64,000 bases of DNA from Patescibacteria group bacterium (GTDB taxonomy: Bacteria; Patescibacteriota; Microgenomatia; Levybacterales; UBA12049), in assembly GCA_035457005.1 (NCBI GenBank), contig DATICB010000020.1, positions 2,109 through 66,108 on the forward strand, given 5' to 3'. A model generated the notes under the pieces. The model saw only the letters and a program-made list of their open reading frames with translations. It did no database searches and was not told the origin of the DNA. The translations under genes and the position numbers were made by a program. Numbering within the stretch: position 1 is the first letter of the stretch; each line of letters starts with the position of its first letter. This document shows, piece by piece, positions 39,767-49,705 of the stretch.

Positions 39767-40834
39767 ATGGATTTACAGCAATTATTAGAATTAGTTGTTA
39801 AAAGCAATGCATCGGATTTGCATTTATTGCCTGGACTTCCTCCGGCAATTCGTGTTGATGGTAATTTGTCCTATGTTGCGCAGGTTGCTGTTTTAAGCTC
39901 TGAAAGTGTGACGAGCATGCTTTTTGGGCTTTTGAGTGCCGAGCAGAAAGATTTGCTCACTGCAAATAAAGAGCTTGATTTTTCTATGCCGTATGGTGGC
40001 GGTATTTATGGAGACTTAGGACGTTTTCGTGTCAATGCATACTACCAACGGGGGCAATTATGCGGGGCGTTTCGTTTTTTGCCCAAAACAATTAAAACAA
40101 TTGAAGATTTACATTTGCCACGAATTTGTCACACATTTGCAAATTTACGCCAGGGATTTGTTTTGGTAACAGGCCCAACAGGACAAGGAAAATCAACAAC
40201 TCTCGCCTCAATGGTAAATGAAATTAATATGACGCGGGCAAATCATATTTTAACGATTGAGGATCCAATTGAATATGTGTACCCCAATGGAAAAAGTATT
40301 ATTTCTCAGCGCGAAATGAAATCAGACACTCATTCGTGGACTATGGCACTTCGTTCCTCTTTACGTGAAGATCCAGATGTTGTCTTAATTGGTGAAATGC
40401 GTGATCCTGATACCATGCAGGCAGCAATGACCATTGCAGAGACTGGTCATTTGGTGTTGTCGACACTCCATACAAATTCTGCATCACAATCAATAGACAG
40501 AATTATTGATAGCTTCCCTGAGCATCAACAAACCCAAATTCGCACGCAGCTTTCATTTACCTTAAAAGGCATTATTTCGCAAAGACTTATTCCACAAATT
40601 TCTGGAGGAAGAATTCCAGCTGTTGAAATCTTAGTCGGTACGCCTGCGGTAGCAAGTAATGTGCGAGATGGAAAAACGCATTTGATTGATTCTATTATCC
40701 AAACATCACAAGATGTCGGCATGGTAACACTTGATAATTCTCTTTCACAACTTGTTTTGTCTGGAGCTATTAGTCTTGATACGGCAAAATCCTACAGCTT
40801 GCACCCTGAAGAACTTCTGAGAATGGTGGGATAA
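39767..40834 (+). CDS. pilT: Type IV pilus retraction ATPase
   Basis: ASDLHL, GPTGQGKST, LREDPDV, AETGHLV.STLHT. Confidence 0.96.
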   Translation: MDLQQLLELVVKSNASDLHLLPGLPPAIRVDGNLSYVAQVAVLSSESVTSMLFGLLSAEQKDLLTANKELDFSMPYGGGIYGDLGRFRVNAYYQRGQLCGAFRFLPKTIKTIEDLHLPRICHTFANLRQGFVLVTGPTGQGKSTTLASMVNEINMTRANHILTIEDPIEYVYPNGKSIISQREMKSDTHSWTMALRSSLREDPDVVLIGEMRDPDTMQAAMTIAETGHLVLSTLHTNSASQSIDRIIDSFPEHQQTQIRTQLSFTLKGIISQRLIPQISGGRIPAVEILVGTPAVASNVRDGKTHLIDSIIQTSQDVGMVTLDNSLSQLVLSGAISLDTAKSYSLHPEELLRMVG

Positions 40835-40865
40835 AAAGCAGAGTTTCACTTTTTATTCGTTTTCT

Positions 40866-42068
40866 ATGAAAATACAATACCGCGCAACCAACAAAGAGGG
40901 AAAAGTTACCCAAGGCGTTTTGGAAGCAAAAGACGTGAACGAGGCAGTTGGGTTTTTGCGTACCAACGGCATGCTTCCTTTGTCTGTGAGAGAAATGACC
41001 TCACAAGGGTTTTCTTTTTCGGCTCTTTTTCAAAAATCCTCAACACAAGATTTAGTTTTATTTACCAGACAATTGTCATCTATTCTTTCTTCGGGACTGA
41101 CGCTTATGCAGGCTTTGAATATTTTAAAAGAGCAGGTGCAGAATCCGCAGATGAAACAAATTGTTGAAAGCCTTATTGCCGATGTGCAGGAAGGAAAAAC
41201 ATTTGCCGATGCTATTGCAAAATACCCAAAAATTTTTAACCCAATTTATATTTCTCTTATCCGTGCTGCAGAATCATCTGGTTTTTTAGACAAAGTGCTG
41301 CTTCGTTTGGCAGACAATTTGGAAAAACAGCAAAAATTAGCAAGTACCATAAAATCAGCCTTAGCATATCCGATTATCGTTATCGTCCTTATGATCGTTG
41401 TCATGTTTGTCATGATGATTTTTGTCATCCCACAACTGACAGTTTTGTACCAAAACTTGAATATCCCCCTCCCCTTTACTACCCAGGTTATGGTTGCAGT
41501 TTCTAATTTTACGATTGGATTTTGGCCGCTGATTCTTGGCATGGTTATTCTTATTGGGGTTGCCTATAATAGGTGGCTTAAAACAGAATCAGGAAAACTA
41601 ATTACTGACAGTATTAAGCTGAAATTGCCGGTTTTTGGTGTGTTGATTAGAAAAACGATCATGGCTGAGTTTTCTCGAACCTTTGGTTTGTTGGTTGGCG
41701 CAGGAACGCTTGTGGTACAATCTCTTAACGAGTCAGCAGACACAACAGGAAATGTTATTTATCGAAGTGCAATTCAGGAAATTGCGAAACGCGTTGAAAA
41801 AGGTATTTCAATTGGTGATGCCATGGCAGCGTTTGATATTTTCCCACCAATTCTTATTCAAATGGTAAAAATTGGCGAGCAAACAGGAAAATTAGATGAG
41901 TCGCTTTTAAAAGTTTCAGAATATTTTGAACGCGAAGTTGATGGGACGGTGAAGACACTGACAACCGCGATGGAACCATTTATTATGATTATTTTGGGAA
42001 TTGGCGTTTCGTTTCTCATTATTTCTATCATCACGCCAATTTACAACCTGACATCAAGCATCCAATAA
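40866..42068 (+). CDS. pilC: Type IV pilus platform protein (GspF family)
   Basis: FTRQLS, AESSG.L, AL.YP, GEQTGKLD, EP. Confidence 0.96.
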   Translation: MKIQYRATNKEGKVTQGVLEAKDVNEAVGFLRTNGMLPLSVREMTSQGFSFSALFQKSSTQDLVLFTRQLSSILSSGLTLMQALNILKEQVQNPQMKQIVESLIADVQEGKTFADAIAKYPKIFNPIYISLIRAAESSGFLDKVLLRLADNLEKQQKLASTIKSALAYPIIVIVLMIVVMFVMMIFVIPQLTVLYQNLNIPLPFTTQVMVAVSNFTIGFWPLILGMVILIGVAYNRWLKTESGKLITDSIKLKLPVFGVLIRKTIMAEFSRTFGLLVGAGTLVVQSLNESADTTGNVIYRSAIQEIAKRVEKGISIGDAMAAFDIFPPILIQMVKIGEQTGKLDESLLKVSEYFEREVDGTVKTLTTAMEPFIMIILGIGVSFLIISIITPIYNLTSSIQ

Positions 42069-42195
42069 AGACAGTTCGGAAATCTGGCTTGATACTGTGG
42101 AATCTAATTTACTCACAGATGTGTACTTTTTCGAATTTGCAGCAAGTTGGGATCTTGACAAGGTGAAAAAAAGTGTGTTTAACTTAATTAGAGTC

Positions 42196-42747
42196 ATGAT
42201 TAACCTGTCCAAACTTTTCAAAAGTTTTCATTCGTCACCTATCTCCCTTCAATCGGGCTTTACCCTTATCGAACTTCTTGTTGTTATTGGTATTTTAGGT
42301 GTTTTGGCAGCAGCACTGGTCGCAACGATTGATCCTTTCGAGCAGCTTAAAAAAGCAAATGACGCGAATGTCAAAAATACTGCAGTTGAATTTATTGATG
42401 CAAATATTCGCTACTACACGACGCATAGTCACATGCCATGGGCACCAGGTGGATGCAATGCAGGCAACGACCCATCGAGTCTTTCGTTGTACCCAGACCT
42501 TACAACGTGTATGAGTAGTTTGGTAGCAGATGGCGAGGTCAAGACTGCCTTCACGACTGTCACTGGAGTGCTCAGTTCGATCATTATTAATGGGACAGAT
42601 ACAGACATTACTGCTTGCTTCTTACCACAATCAAAAGCGCAAAGGTCTGATCCAAATACGAAATTTGACAGGAATGGCGTAGAAATTGCGAATCCATCTT
42701 CCACATGCGGACCAACATCGACTGCCTGCTACTGGTGTTCACAATAA
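42196..42747 (+). CDS. Type IV pilin
   Basis: G/FTLIELLVVI prepilin motif; TTGACA upstream. Confidence 0.92.
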   Translation: MINLSKLFKSFHSSPISLQSGFTLIELLVVIGILGVLAAALVATIDPFEQLKKANDANVKNTAVEFIDANIRYYTTHSHMPWAPGGCNAGNDPSSLSLYPDLTTCMSSLVADGEVKTAFTTVTGVLSSIIINGTDTDITACFLPQSKAQRSDPNTKFDRNGVEIANPSSTCGPTSTACYWCSQ

Positions 42748-42756
42748 GCCCTTTTC

Positions 42757-44793
42757 ATGCTCTCGTTTTTTAAAAAAAACATCCTGCCCGTTATATTAGG
42801 TAGTGGTTTTTTGCTGCTATACATCTCACACCTTTCAGTAAGTGTCTATGGAGGAGATGTTGGCGACCTGGTTACTGCTGCAGCTGTTGGTGGCGTTGCT
42901 CATCCACCAGGTTATCCTCTCTTTACTTTTCTTGGGTTTTTGCTAACAAAGACTGCTGTTGCATCAATCTCTCCTGCTTTTGCAGTGGGATTGATTTCTG
43001 CATTTTCGGCAGCAGCTGGTGTTGTGGGATTTTATCTGCTCATGTTGCAGTTGACCAAAAGTAAATACGCATCACTAATTGCGTCATTAACCCTTGGTTT
43101 CTCTTTCCTCTATTGGTTTTATGCAGAAATTGCCGAAGTTTTTGCCCTTAACATTTTTTTGGCAATTTTGCTTTTTCTTTTTGCAATTGTCTATAAAAAT
43201 ACAAAAAAGAATATTTTTCTTTATGTCTTTGTTTTTTTCTTAGGGTTATCATGCACAAATCACCAAACCATTATCTTTGTTATTCCATCGACTCTTTTTA
43301 TTGTCGCCAAAACAGCATATAAAGAAGTGAAAAAACGACCGAAATCCATACTGTTTTGTTTTCTTTTGTTTTTATTTGGACTCACTCCATTTTTATATAT
43401 TCCTATTGCCTCTTCTTTCCATCCTATTATCAACTGGGACAGCGTGCATGATGTGTCAACATTTTTACATTTAATTCTTCGCAAAGACTATGGCACATTT
43501 CAGGCAGGAATTTTTGACACTCCAACCCTGTCGCAGCGCTTGGTAACAGTTGCTGTGTACCTGAAATCACTGGTGATTCAAAGTACTATCCCGGTTATTG
43601 TCTTAACGCTTTTTGGCTACTATAAACTTTATAGAAAAGATAAGACTATTTTTCTCTCACTTGCTGTTGCGTGGTTTTTGTCTGGGCCATTATTTCTTTT
43701 TTATGCAGGATTTCCTTTAACAAGTGAATTTATTATTGGCGCATATGAGCGTTTTACTCTGCTCTCGTCAATTATTTTTCTCATTCCTTTTGGCGTTGGT
43801 CTTTTGGAATTTTCAACATTATTGACAAAACTGTTACCAAAAAGAAATTATGAGAAAATTTTTCTTTCTGTTTTTCTTTTAATTCCTCTTATGCTTTTTT
43901 TCTATAATTTTCCCAAAACAAACCTCCGCTCAGTCTCTATCGGCGATACATATGCAAAAGATTTTTTACAAGTATTGCCAAAGAATTCGGTGTTGCTTAT
44001 TTCTGGAGACACGCAAATTTTTAATACGTGGTATATGTATTACGTATTGCATGTTCGTCCAGATATTCTCCTGTACAATATCGGCGCAACACCAGTAACA
44101 CAAAATGAAATCGCACAAAAACTGCAAGGAGTATCATCAAAAAATAGAACAGATACATTAATAAAAATTGTCGAAACTATGCAAAGGACAAGACCAATTT
44201 TTTCTACAACACGATTTCAATCAAAAAAAGGGGCAGCTATTACGTGGGTACCATATGGACTAACATACCAAATGTATTTATCTGGTGATAGTATTCCTGA
44301 TAAAAAAAATTATGAAAATACTTTAGATACGGTTTGGTCGCACATGCACGTACCGCCTTCCCAAGATATGGAAAATCCTGCTAATCATAGCTTAACAATA
44401 GTTGGTATTCCTACTGATTACAGTAATGCACTTATTGCTGCTGGAACTTTTGTTTACTCACAATACAAAGATATACAGAAAACCATTTTGCTCTACAAAC
44501 AGGCCGTTGCTGCCTCGCCATCAAACGGAAAAGCCTACAGTGCGCTGGGTGTTGTATATACAGGAATACCGGGCATGTGCAATGAAGCAGTTGCAAATTT
44601 TTCTCAATCTTTGGCAATTGATGCGTATCAAGAGCTACCTTACTTTCTTTTATACAATGAATATATTGCTTGTTTCAAAGATAATAAAAGAGCAGATGAA
44701 GTAAGTAAGGCGTACGAAGAATTATTTAAAAAAGATTTTCAAAAAGAAATAAAAAAATCACAGGATTCACTAAGCTCTATTTCGAATAATTAA
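42757..44793 (+). CDS. DUF2723 (TMEM260-like) GT-C glycosyltransferase with C-terminal TPR
   Basis: GDVGDLVTAA..GVAHPPGYPLF, AEVFAL, NHQT; TPR-like tail. Confidence 0.85.
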   Translation: MLSFFKKNILPVILGSGFLLLYISHLSVSVYGGDVGDLVTAAAVGGVAHPPGYPLFTFLGFLLTKTAVASISPAFAVGLISAFSAAAGVVGFYLLMLQLTKSKYASLIASLTLGFSFLYWFYAEIAEVFALNIFLAILLFLFAIVYKNTKKNIFLYVFVFFLGLSCTNHQTIIFVIPSTLFIVAKTAYKEVKKRPKSILFCFLLFLFGLTPFLYIPIASSFHPIINWDSVHDVSTFLHLILRKDYGTFQAGIFDTPTLSQRLVTVAVYLKSLVIQSTIPVIVLTLFGYYKLYRKDKTIFLSLAVAWFLSGPLFLFYAGFPLTSEFIIGAYERFTLLSSIIFLIPFGVGLLEFSTLLTKLLPKRNYEKIFLSVFLLIPLMLFFYNFPKTNLRSVSIGDTYAKDFLQVLPKNSVLLISGDTQIFNTWYMYYVLHVRPDILLYNIGATPVTQNEIAQKLQGVSSKNRTDTLIKIVETMQRTRPIFSTTRFQSKKGAAITWVPYGLTYQMYLSGDSIPDKKNYENTLDTVWSHMHVPPSQDMENPANHSLTIVGIPTDYSNALIAAGTFVYSQYKDIQKTILLYKQAVAASPSNGKAYSALGVVYTGIPGMCNEAVANFSQSLAIDAYQELPYFLLYNEYIACFKDNKRADEVSKAYEELFKKDFQKEIKKSQDSLSSISNN

Positions 44794-44796
44794 TTT

Positions 44797-45960
44797 ATGG
44801 AAAAAAGTACAAAAGAAATTCTTCTTCTTATTTTTTCTGTAAAAGTAAGTATCTTTCTTCTGATTTTTCTTGCATATTCATTATTGCCTTTTTCAACAAA
44901 ATTTTATTTTCCAAATTTTATATATCCGCCTAAGGCGTCAATTTCTCTGGCAACCGCCTACAAAACGTGGGATGCACAGCACTATCTTTTTCTGAGTGAA
45001 AAATGGTATCAAAAAAATGAGGATTCTGATGCATTCCCTCCTCTTTTTCCATTTACTATCTTTGTTGCAACTCTTATTACGCGAAGTAGCTTTATTTCAG
45101 GACTTTTACTTTCCAATATATTTTCTTTTATTGCTTTTTACCTTTTTTATGTATTTGTTAAAAAACAATACTCTGAAAAAATTGCTTATAGAAGTTTGTT
45201 ATTTCTTCTTGCCTTTCCCACTGCATTTTATTTTTCTCTTATCTATACAGAAAGTATTTTTCTCCTCATAGTTATAATTTTCTTTATGTATTTACAACAG
45301 AAAAAACTTTTTCTAGCTGCTGTTGCGGCATTTTTTTTACCAATGTCACGACTTATCGGAATAGCAATTAGCATTCCATTTTTATTTTCTTATATTTTGC
45401 ATTACCACGGCCATTCGGTATATGACGAACTTTCTTCTATTGGAAAATCATTACTGCAAAAAAAGAGTTTGCTACTTTTCTCCCCTTTTTTTGGACTTGG
45501 GATAGTCATGTGCATGTTTTACATTACAACAGGAAGCTTTTTTACACAGTTTAGCGCACAACAGAATTATATTTCACAATACTCTCTTTTCTCGATTTTT
45601 AATCCAATTTTTTTTCTCCGAGCACTCTTTGCTTTTCCATTAGCACTACATGGTTTTACCAATTCTCTTTTGGATAGATTATTTTTTGTCTTTTTTATCT
45701 TTATTCTCTTTTTTCTTTACAAAAGAGTTTCAAAAATACTTTTTATCTACACACTTTGTTTTGGAATTCTGCCTGTCTTGAGTGGAAGTTTTATGTCGTA
45801 CATGAGATATTTGGTTATTGTTTTCCCCATTTTTATTTGTCTTGCAAAACTCTCTTTAGAGGAAAAATATAGAAAATACACATTCCCTTTTTTATTTTTT
45901 TCAATTTTTTTACAAACATTATTTATCATTATGCATAGCTTAAATTATTGGGTTTCGTAA
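44797..45960 (+). CDS. PIG-V-like GT-C mannosyltransferase
   Basis: WDAQHY, AFPPLFP, FPTAFYF...YTES.F, S.MRY....FP. Confidence 0.85.
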   Translation: MEKSTKEILLLIFSVKVSIFLLIFLAYSLLPFSTKFYFPNFIYPPKASISLATAYKTWDAQHYLFLSEKWYQKNEDSDAFPPLFPFTIFVATLITRSSFISGLLLSNIFSFIAFYLFYVFVKKQYSEKIAYRSLLFLLAFPTAFYFSLIYTESIFLLIVIIFFMYLQQKKLFLAAVAAFFLPMSRLIGIAISIPFLFSYILHYHGHSVYDELSSIGKSLLQKKSLLLFSPFFGLGIVMCMFYITTGSFFTQFSAQQNYISQYSLFSIFNPIFFLRALFAFPLALHGFTNSLLDRLFFVFFIFILFFLYKRVSKILFIYTLCFGILPVLSGSFMSYMRYLVIVFPIFICLAKLSLEEKYRKYTFPFLFFSIFLQTLFIIMHSLNYWVS

Positions 45961-45961
45961 T

Positions 45962-46732
45962 ATGATATATTTTTTACTTTTTCTTTTCGGTGTCTGTTTT
46001 GGATCATTCCTTAATGTCCTCATCGATAGAATTCCTGCTGGAAAATCAGTACTCTTTGGGCGCTCACAGTGTGATTTTTGTAAAAAACAGTTGGGAATTT
46101 TTGACCTTATTCCAGTAATTTCTTATGTTTTCCTTTTAGGAAAATGCCGATATTGTAAGAAAAAACTTTCTTTGCAATACCCAATGATAGAGGTTTTAAC
46201 AGGTTTTTTATTCGTTTTTCTATTTTTCTTAGAAATGCCCATAACATTTATCCAGTTTCAACTCTTTTTAATAGACATCTTTTTAGTAAGCATGGGATTT
46301 GCGCTTACTATAATGGACATAAAATATCATCTTTTGTCAGATAAGCTTCTTGTTGTTTTTGGATTTTTTGCACTTTTACGAATAAGCATTCTGAGTCCTC
46401 AGGCACTCCCCTTTTCTTTTCTTGTGGGACTGCTTGCAACGTTGCCATTATTTCTTATTTTCTTTTTTTCAAAAGGAAAAGGAATGGGTTTTGGTGATGT
46501 TAAACTTATCGGAATTTTAGGTTTTTTACTTGGATTTCCCAATATTATTTTGTGTTATTACATCGCTTTCTTGACAGGCGCTGTAGCGGGCGTCATACTC
46601 ATTTTAGGAGGGAAAAAGAAATTGCATAACTCTGTTATTGCATTTGGACCGTTTCTTTTTCTTGGCGCCTTCATTACATACTTTTTTGAAAACACATTAT
46701 GGCAATACGCAAAAATCTTCTTAGGCTTTTAA
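45962..46732 (+). CDS. pilD: Prepilin peptidase
   Basis: GSFLNV..DR, RS.CDFC, CRYC, GMGFGDVKL, FGPFL. Confidence 0.97.
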   Translation: MIYFLLFLFGVCFGSFLNVLIDRIPAGKSVLFGRSQCDFCKKQLGIFDLIPVISYVFLLGKCRYCKKKLSLQYPMIEVLTGFLFVFLFFLEMPITFIQFQLFLIDIFLVSMGFALTIMDIKYHLLSDKLLVVFGFFALLRISILSPQALPFSFLVGLLATLPLFLIFFFSKGKGMGFGDVKLIGILGFLLGFPNIILCYYIAFLTGAVAGVILILGGKKKLHNSVIAFGPFLFLGAFITYFFENTLWQYAKIFLGF

Positions 46733-47478
46733 AAACTCTCAAGAGCAACAATGGATTTACCCTTATAGAACTGATTGTCGTCATTGCGATTTTGGGCATT
46801 CTTCTTATTAGCCTCATTACCACATTTAATCCATTGGCTCAGTACAACAAGGCAGCAGATGGAACAAGGGAACATGACTTGGGACAAATTCAACGGGCTC
46901 TGGATACGTATTTTAACGATACTGGTTGTTATCCAACAACATTAACATTTGGAAGCAAATGGTCTTCTGGTAGTCAGGTATACATGGAAAAAGTGCCACA
47001 GGATTTGAATTGTGCAAAGGATCCAAACAAATGTTATGTCTATGAAACAGATACGTCAACCAGTTGTCCACAATGGAATGTGCTCTATGCGTCACTGCAA
47101 AGTAGTGCTATCCCCTCGCAAGCATGTCCGCTCACGACCCGTTCGTTATGTGTCCCAAGTAATTTTAGTTCATCAAATTACAATTATTGCGTTACCTCCG
47201 GAGGTATCGATTGTGCTGTTATTGCAGGGTTTACTCTTCCATCAGCAACAGGAGGGAACAGCGGCGGAAGTGGTGGCAATGGCGGAGGGGGAAGCAGCGG
47301 TGGTAATAATGGCGGGGGCGGCAATGGTCCAATTACGTGTGCAAGTGGACAATACTATGGATGTACGGGAGATAACCGTTGTAACAGCATATCCCCATCT
47401 TCGCAATGTAGTCAAAATGGCGGTTCTGTTTTCTGTTATTGCGACAATCACTGTAATCAAAGTTGTCAATTCAATTAA
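46699..47478 (+). CDS. GspG-like pilin with Gly linker and 8-Cys C-terminal domain
   Basis: GFTLIEL, R.HDL.QI..AL..YFND.G.YP. Confidence 0.9.
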   Translation: MAIRKNLLRLLKTLKSNNGFTLIELIVVIAILGILLISLITTFNPLAQYNKAADGTREHDLGQIQRALDTYFNDTGCYPTTLTFGSKWSSGSQVYMEKVPQDLNCAKDPNKCYVYETDTSTSCPQWNVLYASLQSSAIPSQACPLTTRSLCVPSNFSSSNYNYCVTSGGIDCAVIAGFTLPSATGGNSGGSGGNGGGGSSGGNNGGGGNGPITCASGQYYGCTGDNRCNSISPSSQCSQNGGSVFCYCDNHCNQSCQFN

Positions 47479-47480
47479 GC

Positions 47481-48050
47481 ATGAAATACACATATCAAAA
47501 TGGGTTTACCCTTATTGAGCTTATTGTCACGATTGGTATTTTGGCTGTGTTGGCTGTGTTGGCACTTGCGACACTTAATCCGTTGCAGCAATTTAGGAAA
47601 GCACGGGATGGCGAGAGAAAATCTGACTTGGCACAATTACAGCGGGTGCTTGAGCAGTATTATCAGGATCATGGCAGTTATCCCAAAAGCAGTGTGTCTA
47701 ATACTATCACTGATTTTAATGGCAACAGTGTTGTTTGGGGAGGGTCATCTGGGTGGGCTCCCTACATGAATCTTGTTCCAAAAGATCCTGACTCAAGTAG
47801 AACCTATGTCTATTATGCTGCAGGTACAACGCCACAATCATACAAGTTATTTAGCAGTCTCGAAGTTGGCCCCAATGATCCACAAACATGTAAGGCAGAT
47901 GTTGCAAATTGCCAGAATAATCCAACAAGTGTGCCGTACTGTACGTGTGGCGGAGTTCCTGCTGGAGTAGACTGTGGAGCAAATGGCGTGCATTACCCCT
48001 GCAATTATGGTGTTTCCAGTCCTAATACAACACCTGATAGCTCGCAATAA
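47481..48050 (+). CDS. GspG-like pilin
   Basis: GFTLIEL, ARD.ERKSDL, YY.D.GSYP, VPKDP. Confidence 0.92.
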   Translation: MKYTYQNGFTLIELIVTIGILAVLAVLALATLNPLQQFRKARDGERKSDLAQLQRVLEQYYQDHGSYPKSSVSNTITDFNGNSVVWGGSSGWAPYMNLVPKDPDSSRTYVYYAAGTTPQSYKLFSSLEVGPNDPQTCKADVANCQNNPTSVPYCTCGGVPAGVDCGANGVHYPCNYGVSSPNTTPDSSQ

Positions 48051-48069
48051 GATGTGGTACGATACGTAT

Positions 48070-48564
48070 ATGCACAAATATTTAGATAATTTTCAAAGAA
48101 AATTCTCACAACAATCAGGTTTTACTCTTATCGAGCTACTTATTGTTATTGCTATTATCGGAATTCTGTCAACACTTCTCATGACTAATTTTATTGGCGT
48201 TCGCCAGCGTGCCCGTGACGCACAGCGCAAATCAGATGTGCGTCAAATGCAGTCCGCATTGGAGTTATACAGATCAGATACAGGAAGTTATCCTGTTTCT
48301 GATTCGAATAATCGACTCAATGCAACAGCATGCACAACTTCATCGGGATTTACCAGTACCGATGGAGGGACAACGTATATGCAAAAAGTTCCCTGTGACC
48401 CATTAGGGACAAGTGCGTATCATTCAGGAAATTATTACTACAATAGTAGCGGTACGACATACACGATATATGCATGTTTGGAAAATACATCTGATTCGCA
48501 AGGCACTTCCCTATCTAATACCGGCTGTAGCACTGATTTCTTATACGTTGTAACGAATCCATGA
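48070..48564 (+). CDS. GspG-like pilin
   Basis: GFTLIELLIVIAIIG, RARDAQRKSD; TGgTACGAT 6 nt before ATG 48070. Confidence 0.92.
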   Translation: MHKYLDNFQRKFSQQSGFTLIELLIVIAIIGILSTLLMTNFIGVRQRARDAQRKSDVRQMQSALELYRSDTGSYPVSDSNNRLNATACTTSSGFTSTDGGTTYMQKVPCDPLGTSAYHSGNYYYNSSGTTYTIYACLENTSDSQGTSLSNTGCSTDFLYVVTNP

Positions 48565-49163
48565 CCAGCACCGCGTCTTCCAGACAGTCAGGTTTTACCC
48601 CGATTGAATCTGGGTTTACCCTTATTGAGCTAATTATTGTTTTTTCAGTCATTACCGTACTCTCTTCGCTTGGTGTTGCTTCGTTTGTTGCATACAGCAG
48701 GTCTCAGACTATTGATACTGCAATGAAAGATTTTAAAAGTGTGTTATTTACCGCCAGGTCAAGAGCTCTTTCTCAGCTTCGTGATAGCACATGTTTTTCA
48801 AGTGGGTTTGACGGACAAGGATATGAATTGGAAGGATACCAGGTGGTTGCATGCTGCTCATTTGGGCCACTGTGCTCGTCTGTTCAGTGCAACACTGTGT
48901 CAAATAGTTATGAATTGCAGGCAGTCTATGGGTATCCCGATGGATCGGGACGAGTTGCGCAAACATGTTTGAGTAAAAAATTTGCAGATCCCAATATTGG
49001 TGTCAGTAGCTCAAATAAAACAACAGCAACGTATTTTTTCTTTTCCTCAGTAACTGGTGCAGTGACGACCAATGCCTCATCTGGGCAGCTCCCACAGATT
49101 GAATTCAGTGGCTATGGTATTACGAAATTAGCAACTGTTTCTGCGACAGGAGTTGTGCAATGA
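48561..49163 (+). CDS. Minor pilin (FimT/GspH-like)
   Basis: GFTLIEL, ARSRALS. Confidence 0.85.
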   Translation: MTSTASSRQSGFTPIESGFTLIELIIVFSVITVLSSLGVASFVAYSRSQTIDTAMKDFKSVLFTARSRALSQLRDSTCFSSGFDGQGYELEGYQVVACCSFGPLCSSVQCNTVSNSYELQAVYGYPDGSGRVAQTCLSKKFADPNIGVSSSNKTTATYFFFSSVTGAVTTNASSGQLPQIEFSGYGITKLATVSATGVVQ

Positions 49164-49705
49164 GACATTTTCTTACAAGCCAATCGGGACAAACACTGAT
49201 TGAAGTACTGGTCGCACTAACTGCGGGTGTTGTGATTATTGCTGCAATTGTCAGTGCGTCGCTCAACGCATTGACGAATAGTAATTTTGCGAGAGATCAG
49301 AATATCGCTGCGCAATATACGCAGTCTGGTATAGAAATTATCCGTGATATGAGAAATGAAAGTATTGCATCGCTGAGCGCATCGTATCTGTCTGACAACA
49401 CGTATTGTTTGGCAAAATCATGCAGTGCATTGGATAATCAAATCCCTTCGTGTTGGATAAAAAGCGGAAATTGTGGCCAAAATGTAGATAAATTTGTTCG
49501 CGAAGTTGTTGTTGCACATGATTCATCTGATTGTAACGCAAGTCCCACGCCAAATGGTCAGCAAGGATTTTTATCATCCAATGTCAAAGTAACAGTAACA
49601 ACATTTTGGTATGATTCACGTTGTACCGATTCGAGTAATGCATTTTGTCACTCAGTTACGCTGTCATCATGTTTTTCTGATTTTACTATTGCACCAACGC
49701 CATGA
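49160..49705 (+). CDS. Minor pilin (PilV-like)
   Basis: GQTLIEVL, A..Y...GIEIIR. Confidence 0.85.
   Translation: MRHFLTSQSGQTLIEVLVALTAGVVIIAAIVSASLNALTNSNFARDQNIAAQYTQSGIEIIRDMRNESIASLSASYLSDNTYCLAKSCSALDNQIPSCWIKSGNCGQNVDKFVREVVVAHDSSDCNASPTPNGQQGFLSSNVKVTVTTFWYDSRCTDSSNAFCHSVTLSSCFSDFTIAPTP

Noticed and set aside
46699-48564. Type II secretion system from GspG-like pilins
   Set aside because: pilT and pilMNO present and no secretin; fits a type IV pilus.
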